Shown in pieces: positions 35,701 to 47,407 of a stretch of DNA of 64,000 bases. This DNA comes from Takakia lepidozioides (taxonomy: Eukaryota; Plantae; Bryophyta). The position numbers and the translations under genes were made by a program. Position 1 is the stretch's first letter. Each line of letters starts with the position of its first letter. The stretch is from contig CM060733.1 of the NCBI GenBank assembly GCA_030704615.1, forward strand, positions 31,992,001 through 32,056,000, written 5' to 3'. Under the pieces are notes generated by a model. That model had not been told where the DNA came from and did not search any database. It saw nothing but the letters and a program-made list of their open reading frames with translations.

Positions 35701-37939
35701 GGGCGTGCAGTCAGTTGCACAGTTGGAGTCGTTGGACGTCCAATGGCAAACAGAATAAGAGGTATATCTGCATTCAAAGGTTTTGGTGCCAGGCAGCTGG
35801 CTTCCAGGGATATAGCATGCTGTAGGGGCGATTGTAAAAAACAGACTCAGGAGAGCAATACTTCTGGTTGCCATCTAGAACATTGATGAAACTTTCTTGG
35901 TCAGGTTTCAATCACTGCAGCCAGATAATTCTTCAACCGTTTCATGCCTTAGTACGGACTGCTGCCAAGTTACCCGCTTGTGCATGTCTGGAGCAATCAC
36001 TGGTCACACTAAACTTGCTAAGGCCTTGAGGCCAGTGTTCAGCCTCTCCTGACAAAATTGCTTGCTAATGTAGCTTTGCCTTTGATTCCAGTGCAAATTT
36101 CAGTCTCAATTTCTGAAGGAATATCATAGGTGCAGGCCCTACAGGTGTTGTTGTGGCAGTGGCGGTTGCCATTTTTGGACTTACAACAGCTGCTCTGCGG
36201 AATGGGCTTTTATCTATCTCCAAAGCTCCTCAGGTAATACTTTGGTCAAGTGTCTGGTTACATTTGGTTGGTTGGGTGGGGGAACTCCTGACCCCTGGTT
36301 GCATACATGGGTTGGTTGGAGATTGCCAAACTCAGTTGAAGCGCCCGCACTTCTATTGATAGCACTCGGGCCCATGGCCCCTGTAGTCCCGTTTGACAGA
36401 GTTCCCTTCCATCACTTAAAGGGAGGCTTCTTCTCCTAGTTAACATGTAACAATTGTTTGTGGGGTGCCTTTTTGGTAGAAAGTATGCACAAAATGTGGT
36501 GGATATGGAGTAGAGCGATGTCATGTGTGCCAAGGTCTTGGAAGGATTAATTGGGAAGGAAAATTTTCGCGGGCTGATCCTTGCCCTCTCTGCTTCGGCT
36601 CCTGTACGAAAAAGGTAGGTCTCTTTCGCTAGGTGCATATTTGTCACGAAACTGCTTGTAAGGTCTCTTTCTTTCAAGTGTTAAACGAGTCAAATTATAA
36701 CCCCTTGTCTTCCAGATAAAAATCAGTGGAAGGTCTCAGCAATGGATAAATAAATTGGTGACCAAATGATCAAATCGGTAGGTGTACGAAGGAGTCTCAG
36801 CATGCCCCAGGAGTGTTCCCAAAATATCCAAATGTACCTCAGTATGTCATATCTGGCAGTACTGATGTGAGAGAGGGTGAGGTGATACTCGCCCAATGCT
36901 ATCGGAAGTGGTTTGGACTTGTATTCTCAGATAAAGCATTAGGTTTTGTCCCTCTTGAAAATTGTGGTAGTAGAACAGGGGGTGACTACCATTGCATGTC
37001 CACTGCAGTGTGCTAGTTGTGGAGGTCTGCGAATGAAGAAGGGTATTCCTCCCGGTTTGCAATCACCACCTGCTCAGAAGGGGAAGAAAGGTTAAAGGAC
37101 GTTCCGTTCTCCCCCTTGCCTTGTACAGCACATCATGACTATGACTTGGTTACAGGAGGTTGATGAACGCCATGTATATAAAATGAGTACTTCGCCAGAG
37201 ATGAAGTTGTTACGCCAAGGAGTTGGGATAAGTTAGGTAGCTGTGTAGCAAAGAATAGGACAACCTTCCTATTGGACAATTCCTTGACAAGATGTTTTGA
37301 CATAGGAAGGTGATGCATAGCGTGCACATTTTAAATCCAAGACACGACAGGAACCTGTCTTCCTTTGGAGAGTTGTATACCGTAATGTTAATGAAAAGTC
37401 AGCCACCCAAGCTTTTGGGTTGATCATGTGTCAGATGCTGTATATTCTTTGCGAGTTATTTTCTTTTCTTTTGGAAGTCCAAATGTGATGCTCTGAAGTG
37501 CACATGCGCAAGTGTTACAACCAAGTAGGAAGTTGTCAAGAGTGTGAGCCGTTTGCAATACTTCAACTTGGTCAGAACCAATCTTGGCCACATCAAAGAA
37601 ACACTCAATCTACTGCTCTGGCTCAGTATTGCATGATTTTATTGATCCTGCTTTCCAATATTATGAGTGGTTTCTCTTTGATGGTGATTTTCATTGCCAA
37701 TAGAACCCTTAATTTTACACTTCCTTTCATGATGTCTCACCTGGTCTGTTCTTGGCTCTGATGTGGTCAAGTGCTAGATGTATCCATCAGGCTGGAGAGG
37801 ATGACTTCACTGTTAATGTTGCTATTGAGCACCTTCTAACCAGCCTCTTCTAACAGCGGACAACTTTGTGTCTTCTCTCTCTCTCTCTTGCTTTGCAGAA
37901 TTTCTAGGTCTAACAGTGAGGGGTCCTCTCAAGAATGGT

Positions 37940-39430
37940 AGAACACAGTTGGAAAAACTGTTCCTATGATTCAAGACAGCCCTGATGACTCGGAGTATAT
38001 CTCAAAGGCTTACAACGTTCACATTAGTTCTGAGATTGTGGAAGCAATTGAGCATTTAAACAGATATAAAGCTGGTGGACGTGATGGCATAGTCAACGAG
38101 CTTATCACGCACGGTGGTGATCCCATTATAGAGGCCCTTGTACTTCTCTTTAACCTTATCTGGAGGACTGAAATGATCCCCTTTCGCTGGCGACAGGGGG
38201 TCATTGTCAATCTATACAAGAAGGGTGACAGAGAAGAACCGGGGAACTACCGAGGCATCACGCTCCTCAATGCTGTTGGCAAGATATTTTGCAGAGTTAT
38301 ACGTACTCGTCTCCAGGTTGATCTGGAACCAGGGAAGGAAAAAAGAAGGGAAACCCACTTTTGTTTCTTTCTTGGATGTCAAAAAGGCTTATGACACAGT
38401 GTGGAGAGATGGTCTATGGCTCTGTCTCTGGTCGTGTGGGATCAAGGGAAAGAGGTGGAGAGTTGTCCATAACTTGTATGCTCACACAAAAAATTGTTTC
38501 ACTGTTAACGGACAGAAGTCTAACTTCTTTGACACAGACCAAGGTGTAGCTCAAGGATGTTCCCTCTCCCCCCTGCTCTTCAATGTTTTCATCAATCAAC
38601 TCCTCGAGGATGTGGAATGTGAGGGATTTGGGTTAAGGGTGGGTGATGCCACCATACCAGCCCTTATGTTTGCGGATGACTTCGCAGGCATAGAGAGACT
38701 CCTTCCAGTCTCCAGGAGTTGATTGAGTGCGCAAAGAGATACTTTGACCTTTTGCGGGCTAGAGGCTAACATCAGTAGATGTGCAGTGGTGGCATTCAAC
38801 GACCGAGGAGAAGGAGGAGGTGATCTCAAGTGGCAGTGGGGAAGTCAAGAGATTCCGGTCCTCCCTTCCTACACATACCTCGCGTCCAGTTTTCCTCCAA
38901 CTGTAATTGGGATGCACATATTCAGAAAGTTGTTCAAACTGGCAAGCGCAAAGCGCTGGGTCTCACTAAATTTTTCCACTGCAGAGGGATCAACTCTGAG
39001 TCAAGAAAACCATACTTTGTCGCGTTATTAGACCTGCCTTAGAGTACGCATGTGCAACTCCAACCAGGCTAAGTCTCTCTAGAAACAGCAAACAGAAGCA
39101 GCGAGGAAAGGGAGAGTGCACTGAAGGGAATTGTGCCTGAACCTCTGTTTACCAACTTTGAAAGTCTCGAGGCTGAGCCAAAAGCCCAGGCACTTTTGGG
39201 GCCTAGTTATTGGGCAAACCATACAGAGCAGATTGATGCTTGTGTGAAGGGATTACTAGAGGTCATCTGGAAAACCCGGATCAATTGTTTATTCCAAGGT
39301 AAGTCATGCTACCGGCGTCAGCCCCTGACAAAGGTAGTTTCTGTCCCTTTGTTCCGCTCAAACTGAGCGCGGGGTCAATGGCCACAAGGCTACAAACAAC
39401 GTCTTATGAGTACAATCTCTTGCTCTGTCC
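37940..39430 (+). mobile_element. 5'-truncated, internally deleted LINE (RT domain plus 3' tail)
   Basis: KAGGRDGI, LYKKGD...NYRGITLL, FLDVKKAYDTV, GVAQGCSLSPLLF, MFADD in shifted frames; family 3' tail at 39300-39430. Confidence 0.9.
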
Positions 39431-40129
39431 TCTTTCAGCGCAAACTGACATTGTTACCTGACCGCCCTATCGGAGAAATGGTTGCAGTGGAATGGGTGGT
39501 AAGCACTACCTCCATGGATCTCACGCTGCACATGCTAGAATGTTTTCCCTGCTTATTAGAGCTTGCCTTTAGATCTTGTGGCAGGGACGTTTTAGAGGTA
39601 TGGATGATCAATACATGTGTTACTGGACTCAGTATAAGGCGTGATTTCCACAGTTGTGACCGGGGCACCATTCCATGAAGGTGTAAAAACTCCGAGGTAC
39701 TTTTGCAGAGGAAGGTCCTGTGGGGCATTTCGGACGAGAAGACGTCATCAGTAACGACACCTCAGCACACGGACGATGTTCCGACAAGTATCATCCATGC
39801 AGACGAATCTCCGAGGAATCATCCGTTGAGATGTAACCGGATTAGACCACAGGAACAAAGTGGCATGGCTGCCAATGACGTCGGGAAAATTGGATATCGT
39901 CACCTGATGAGGGGATTAATAGGGTGGCAAGGCACAAACTGCGTTTCCGTCCTTTACTCGCTGTTGTTGGTATCTCCCTCATCAGAATTCCGTGTCTCTC
40001 TGGCTGTTTCTCTGCTTCTCTGAATTGGAGATGTTTGGTGACTAACTTGAGGGTGGAGGAGATTCAGAGGAAGAAAGACTAAGAAGAACCCAGTCTAGAG
40101 TATTTTGGAATTTTCAACTGAAGGTAAGA

Positions 40130-42060
40130 ATGGCGGCCATGGCGTCGCTGGTACAGCCACTATCTGCACTCGCTCCCGCAGCAAGTCGCCTAGAAATGCA
40201 AGCTCGTTCTTCGCAGGTGGGTTGGAGGCCACAATCCTTAGGGATTCGGAGCTCATGCAGGGGGTCCAGGATGGTGGTAACGGCATCAGCAGATGAGGGA
40301 ATTGGAAGCGCGGCGGGCGCAGGAGGGGACAGTGTTGTGAGCGAGGTTGCTGTGTTGGAAGAGGAGGCTGATACACCAGGGGTTGGAAGTGTAGCGACCA
40401 AGACCAGGAATCCATCTCCTTTGCAGAGGGGAGGTACATTGGAGGGATCGGAGGCAGAGGGCAAGGATCCGAGCCCTTCCGCTCTGGGGAAGTCGAGGCC
40501 GCTCTCCGAGTCTGGGGATAAGTTTGAGGACCCGAGGTGGAGGGCTGGAACTTGGGATATCGCGCAGTTCACCAAGGATGCCAAGGTTGATTGGGATGCT
40601 GTCATCGATGCTGGTATGGCTTCTCTTCCCCCTGAATCTTTCTTTTGTTTTCAATTTTGGGTTAATTTCTTGCACCAGGCTTTTAGCCTGCAGGCAGAAA
40701 AATATTCGAAACTCTAGAGTCTACATTTCCACAAGTGTGCACCTCTTGCTTTGAAATTGCTTGTTGATGCTATTTATTAGAGTTTATTGAACACAGGTTG
40801 AAAATTTCACATTTGCAACCTTTCAGAGTGGGTACATTCCCGATACTCGATTTGGTTGGTAATTGTTTCAATATATTGTTGCGTGGTAATATTGTGCTCA
40901 TTAGCACATAAGGTCCGGATTCATGCAGGTTACTATCCAAGCCTGCATGGTCTGTCAGTTTGTTAGTATTGTGAACGGTAGAATTCCTTTGTTTTAAGAT
41001 TGCCTTTCCAAAGGTCTTTGGCATCGTCAAGCGATTCATTTGGGATTGGGGTTCAATTGCTTTAGACAATCTTATATCGATAGACATCATTGATGTGGCG
41101 ACAAGTAAGGCTTTGGCTGTATACTGGCCAATATCTAGATTGCCAACTCCTTTTTGGCCGTCTGTAGTGAGTTCAATGACAGGGTTTTACCTCTTTGTGA
41201 CGGGATTTTTTCATTTGCTAGTGCCAGTTCGGAAGGAAACATAGGGAATGGCATAGTACATTCAGAGGTGGATTGAAAGGGTTGCAAAACAAGTGAAATG
41301 TGCATAAGAGATGGTAATGTGTGGCAGAGGTGGTGAGGAGGAGGTGGCTGGAAGACAATCCTGAAGCCTCCAGCAATTCAGAACCTGTGTTGTTTGAGAC
41401 ATCAACAGTCCCCTGGTGGGCATGGGTGAAGCGTTTCCATCTGCCAGAAGCCGAGCTCTTGAATGGTTTGTTTCCATACCAGTCCCTCTCTTTGTCTCCT
41501 ACAGTCTATGCTCCACAATGGCTATGTTCTCTCTCTCATTTTTCATGGAGTGTGACTGGCTACTAACCAGCCTCATATCTCTGGGGGCCACACACTGCAA
41601 TCAGCTAGTAAAATGTGCCATACAACTGCTTCTTTTTCTGTCCATTGATCTGACAGGGGTTTCTTTTTCTTACACTAATTGATGTGAGTGTGAAGGTCAC
41701 AATCTAGGATCAGTGTATGACTGATATTTGTTGCTTTGCAATGCAAATAGGATGTTATGGTTAGCAGATTTCTTACTCAAGTGCTGGGCCTGGTATGGTT
41801 TGACAGGACGTGCGGCAATGGTGGGGTTTTTCGCTGCCTACCTGGTGGACAGTGCAACAGGGGTTGGTTTAGTGGACCAAACCGAAAGTTTTTTTGGCAA
41901 GCTGTTGCTCTTCATCACTGTGGTAGGAGTGCTATTGATTCGGAAAACCGGTGATGTGGCCAACTTACGAAAGCTTGCCGAGGAGTCAACTTTTTACGAC
42001 AAACAATGGCAGGCAACTTGGAAGGATGCTGAAGACCCCGAGAAAACTGACAAGCCATGA
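40130..42060 (+). CDS. LIL3: Light-harvesting complex-like protein 3, chloroplast; exons 40130-40613, 41328-41465, 41807-42060
   Basis: Transit-peptide-like N-terminus; [48 protein letters not shown] (LHC motif), [10 protein letters not shown]; GT-AG introns in phase. Confidence 0.95.
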
Positions 42061-42289
42061 ATTTTTTCAAAGCTCTAAATCCTTTCACTTGAATTATTTC
42101 TTTGTATGTCCTGAAAGCCCATGTTCATTATGCCATAATGTAAGTTACTAGGAAACAGTCCTCTATATTCAAGGTTTGATTCCGACGATGGTTACTCTTT
42201 GTTGTCACTGTCAACATAATCTTACTGCAAAAAGGGACCCCTTATTACACACCCTTAAACTCTGATGGAGAGAGGAGAGAATATGTCCT

Positions 42290-43170
42290 TTCCGAGCATT
42301 AGCAGCAATATGCCCTGGCAAGACTAGTTGCATTAGATACTGAAACTTCCAGTGCCGATTCAACGTTTCTTGTCCGGCTTCAAGCCTTCCTTTTGCACTC
42401 CTTGTAGTAGTTGCAGGGCCTCCCAAGGACAACCATGCTGGGCATATCCTGCGTTCATCGCATCCACGTCACCACATTTCGTTCAGCCATATTGTAAAAG
42501 ACTCTCTTTGCATCCTCCATGCTCCCACATTTGGCTTACATGTCCACAAGAGTATTGTTCAAAATGATCTGCTACAAATCCAGCTTTCATGATTTCAGTG
42601 TGGACCTCTTTGCCCTTTTCCAGGGCTGCCAGGCCCGCACAAGCATTGCAAATGCAAACAAACGTGACCCTATCCGGCTTCACCCCTTCCCCCATCATTT
42701 GATCATAGGTCTCCAAAGCCTTTCTACAACACCCATGCTGGGCATACCCTGCAACCATTGCATTCCAGGTCACCACATTGCATTCAGCCATATCGTCAAC
42801 ACTCCCTTTGCATCCTCCATGCTCCCACATTTGGCATACATGTCCACAAGGGTATTATTCAGAATGACATCTGGTACAATACCAGCTTTCATGATGTCAG
42901 TGTACACCTCTTTGCCCTTTTCCAGGGCTGCCAGGCCGCCACAAGCATTGCAAACACAAACAAACGTGACCCGGTTGGGCTTCACCCCTTCCCCCGTCAT
43001 TCCTGCCATACCCATGCTGGGCATATCCTGCAATCATTGCACTCCCGGACACCACGTCTCGTTCAGTCATACTGCCATCCTTTGCATCTTCCACCCTCCC
43101 GCATTTGGCATACATGTCCACAAGGGTATTATTGTTCAGAATGACATCTGGTACAATTCTAGCTTTCACT
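42290..43170 (-). pseudogene. PLS-class PPR pseudogene fragment (about three near-duplicated P-L-S triplets, frameshifted)
   Basis: TLVDMYAKCGSMEDA, NVVTWNAMVAGYAQHG, GVKPDRVTFVCICNACAGLAALEKGKEVH repeated across changing frames. Confidence 0.9.
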
Positions 43171-44379
43171 GTTAATTTCTTCAACACATTCCACTTACCC
43201 AGGGGTTTTATATCGCTGTCGATAGTTACGAGTGCTTGTGGCATATCTGAAATCTTAAATAGAAAATACCCCAACCATACTTAACACAGTTCCTCTGCTG
43301 AAGTATTGACAAAAGTTCCAAAATCTGTTGGGGAGGGTGGGAGGACGACAATTTGGCAACAAGCTTTTCCATGCATATTTTTGTCTGCTTCTGTAAGATA
43401 ACAGATATTCACCTTTCTGGATATTTGCCTGTGTAACTCATTGGCAGTAACATGTGATAAAGACTCAGACTCACCATAGATCTACCCACTGAGCTAACTT
43501 ACAAAGCTCCACATTAAAAATTGGGACAAACCTGATAACAGAACGAAATACGCCCGAATGTGTTGAAGACGAAGGCGTCCTCACCACATTGTCCTTCCTT
43601 GTGTTATAAAAGCAGCAAGCTTTTCTTTCACCCAAAGAGGATTCAACCCTCCATGCTTGGGAAATGCATTTTCATGGCCTGATTAGAACCAACAACGTAT
43701 GATACAGACAGGAATAGCCACTTTATCGGAACAGACAAACTTCTTCACATCGTATGAAAAGAAAGCCCAACCTTGCCATCGCAGTTGTTCCACCATTGTG
43801 AACGAACTTCAAAGACCTCCTGCCAGTGCTGTTCCATGCTCCGTGGTTGACCTTCATGCCAAAAACTCGAATAGCATCAACACTTTTTATGGGGGTTTAT
43901 GCTAGTGTAGCTTTCAACATTCATGAAGTCACTCTCGGCTCTATCGCATATAACACAATAATGCGAATAGTCCAAACTTGCAGATGCTAAACAAAGTGGG
44001 CCTAAACTGTGTTGCTGCTCCTGTTCATCACAGGAGATTAAGTGTGAAGATTTGAATTGACATCACATTACGAGACAATGTCCATATCAGCACTTCAACG
44101 TCTGCTCTCCACCTTAGACAGCCACATGCACTGAAGTGCCAACGATAAGTATAGCAATCAATGTCAAGCTTACTTAACTCTGACCTCGAAAAGACCGAGA
44201 GTGTGACTGAGAGTGTGACTGAGACTGAGACGGAGAGCTCTAAAGTTTTGGTTTATCTTTGCGCTGCTGGTATGGAATACTTTTTGACCACAAACCCTGT
44301 CCCTGTTCCGCCCGCTCGCTGTCCCTGTAACACCCATAACAACATCAACGCGTTGTTCTTCACAACGAGTTGTTATGAG

Positions 44380-44433
44380 TGTAGATGTGGTCAAATGGTA
44401 CACACTTGTGTGTACCATTTGACCACATCTACA
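44380..44433. repeat. Perfect palindrome, 26-bp arms and 2-nt spacer
   Basis: TGTAGATGTGGTCAAATGGTACACAC-TT-GTGTGTACCATTTGACCACATCTACA. Confidence 0.95.
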
Positions 44434-45401
44434 TCCTTCAATACATAAACGTGATGTTCCAAAAGATGCTTCTAACCAAAGCATCCCAACATCCCACTTG
44501 TTAACAACTAGTTGTTCCCAACATCCTACTTGGTATTGCACCTACTTGTTCCCAACAACCCACTTGTTCCCAACCTGCTGTCCATTTCCAGGAGGCATTC
44601 ATATTCATGCTACACATACATGTCATATTATCAGATCCATGGTTTCAGATGCCTATGTATATGTCATGCCACACATGACTATTTTATTGCCCCGCATATC
44701 CAATTGCCACAAAAGCGGGGCCCACCGGGCCGCTCAGGCGACCGCTTCTACTTGCGGTCGCCGGGCACTAGGCGACCGTCGAAACCGTCGCCCACGGTCA
44801 CCGTGCTCGCTTCATCGCCCCCGGGCGACCGCACCGCCGGTCACCCAATCTCCTGTCGGACCGGCTCACCCGCGGGCCCCACCGAGGACCGCCACTGTGG
44901 ACCGCCGCTGGGGGACTGCCACTGGGATCCGCCGAGTGCTGACGTGGACCGCCCTGGAAGTTGATATGGAGGCGGTCCGCTTCTTCCGCCCGGTGGGTGT
45001 CTCGAGGAATGATACTTACAGCGCACACCCTTGCAGAGGTATCACCTGCAAATCGTCGCCCTGTTGCATACACCAGCAGAGGTATAGTCTGCAATCCATT
45101 GCCTACATCCCTGTTGTGGTATCGCCTGTAAGTCCATGCCCTGCTCCATGCCCTCCTTGAGACATGGTCTTTCATTGAAGATGTACATCACTTTAGAGGT
45201 ATCACCGAGACTTTGCGCCGGAGTTCTTTTGACGGGCGACCGTTGTGACGGTCGCCCGTTGTCATTCTTAAAAAGGCGACGGGCAATGGTTGTCGCCCGT
45301 TATATAGGTGAAGCATGTGACGGTGATGCGTAGTTCTCATTCGTTGCGTTCGCCTTTGCAAAGACCCGAAAGCCGTCGCCCAGTATTTTGTTTCGGTGGG
45401 T

Positions 45402-45673
45402 GATTGTTGAAGCGGCCGCCCATGGCCGGTGGGATATAAGCTCAGGACATGGAGTCAATCATCCTAAAATGGCGGAGGCGTTGGATTCCACAGTAACAGA
45501 GACCAACAGATCAAGAGTGAGTGTGGGCTAGGGCACAACGATTGTTGAAGCGGCCGCCCATGGCCGGTGGGATGTAAGCTTGGGACATGGAGTCAATCAT
45601 CCTAAAATGGCGGAGGCATTAGATTCCACAATAACAGAGACCAACAGATCAAGAGTGATTGTGGGCTAGGGCA
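45402..45673. repeat. Tandem duplication, 138-bp period, 2 copies
   Basis: GATTGTTGAAGCGGCCGCCCATGGCCGG... starts at 45402 and 45540. Confidence 0.9.
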
Positions 45674-46025
45674 TAGAGAGAGTGTGTTTGAAGCATTATT
45701 GTGCAAGAAGTATTGCATATCCTCGAAGACAACATCCGGCCCTTGATGTGAGGATATCAGTTATACATGGTTTCTAGATAGGCAACTGTATTGGTCTTGC
45801 CTTCGATACACATTTCATTTGAAGCCTTTCGATGCTACAAATAGTTCGGATTTGTGCCCGAGCGGGTGTGGGAGGTAGTAGTGCCGGCGCAGAATGGTTG
45901 TAATTACCTTAGACATCTATTGTTCCTCAGTTATGCAAGAATATGGAATAGCATAGCTGCAAGGTGATGCGGAAATTCGACCCAATATTCTGTCTTTCAC
46001 CATTTTGGGAGGCTCCGGTGGTATA

Positions 46026-46274
46026 TTATGTTACAAGTGTGTGGAAAGTGGATGTGGACGAGAGAAACGTACCTTGCATTTCGTGAATAGTTTGCCTCTT
46101 AACGAATTACGTTAAATTTTTGTGAGTATGCCGTAGGACGTGACTCTTCTATCTTCGTACGTCCCCGGGCCTACTTTCACAACTATAACATAATTCGTAG
46201 AGACGCATTCTCATCGCAACATGCTAGGTGCGTTTGTATCATCCACGTCCATTTTCCACATACATGTAACATAA
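46026..46274. repeat. Imperfect ~250-nt foldback (MITE-like hairpin)
   Basis: TTATGTTACAAGTGTGTGGAAAGTGGATGTGGA... is the approximate reverse complement of ...TCCACGTCCATTTTCCACATACATGTAACATAA. Confidence 0.8.
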
Positions 46275-47407
46275 GAAAAGTTGTTGTGGAACGATGCACA
46301 CGTATGAAGGGCGAAGGTGTAGGAACAGGATATGAGGCTCACGTGTAGTCTGCCATTCACTGCAAATGTCTTTACAGAGGTGGTACCCTAAATCTACATT
46401 CGTACACCTATACAGGTATAGTCTGCCACTCTCAACCTACATCTTGATAGAGGTATCACCTAAAAATATATTCCCTGTTGCATACACGAATCACTACAGC
46501 AAATGTGGGGTTTGCGACGCCAGCCACACCCCCACGCCCCGCGCGGCGTCGAGCGTGCGACGCCAACCCCGAGAAGCGTGTTTGCGACGCCGGGCCGTCG
46601 CAGCCAAACCCCGCGGGTCGCCACCTGGCGCCGAGGCCAGGCGGCGACGCCTGGCCATCGCACGGGCGGATGAAGGGCAGCAGGCAGCCCTTCCGTGCGA
46701 TGCCCAAGCGTCGCCCCCAGCGAAGGGGAGAAGCCAGCCCTTTCTAGCAACGGCCGGTCATCGCAAGCCCAAAAGAAAAAGCCCTTTCTTGCCCTTTCTT
46801 TCATCGCAGCCCTTTTTTGCAACGCCCGGCCGTCGCTTGGTGGCATGAAGGGCAAAAGGCCCCTGCGACGGCCGGGCGTCGCAAACAGCCCGGCTGCCCT
46901 ATTCTTTCAAAACAAAAAAACATGTCACATTTTGCGACGGTGTGCCGTCGCCAATTGCGACCCCCGGCCTCATAAATCCATTCTTTCAAAACAAAAAAAC
47001 AGGTCGCAGTTGGCGACGGTTGGCCATCGCCGTTTGCGACCCCCGGCCTCATAAATCCAAAAAACCGCGTCGTAGGCAGCGACTGCAAGGCTTTCTAGGT
47101 TTAGGTTTAGGGCCTTTGGGGGTTCTTAGTTTTTTTTTTTTTTTTCATATGGTACTGGGGTAGGGTGTTTGTTTTTCTTTATGGTTTAGCTTGTTGTTGT
47201 GGACCTTCTTGTAGATTGTGACATTCATTTTGATAATTCTCTTGATACCACATCTGTATGTGTTGCTCCAACATATTCATTGCCTTTGCCTTCTTTCTTG
47301 AAAGACTACCAGCCACAGCCATATTTGATCAATCATAGAAATAAACTACAATATGCATGTACATGTACAATCAATCGAAAGGATAGGTCAGTTCGGTACG
47401 AGAATTA

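Larger units (their letters stand above)
44701..46491. mobile_element. Older CACTA-like remnant into which the 46492 element inserted
   Basis: Clustered GGCGAC/GTCGCC motifs (44735-45380) and GAGGTATCACCT/GGTATAGTCTGC repeats at 45036-45200 and 46410-46480. Confidence 0.45.

Noticed and set aside
44498-47163. Arg/Pro/Ala-rich ORFs
   Set aside because: By-products of GC-rich CACTA subterminal repeats.
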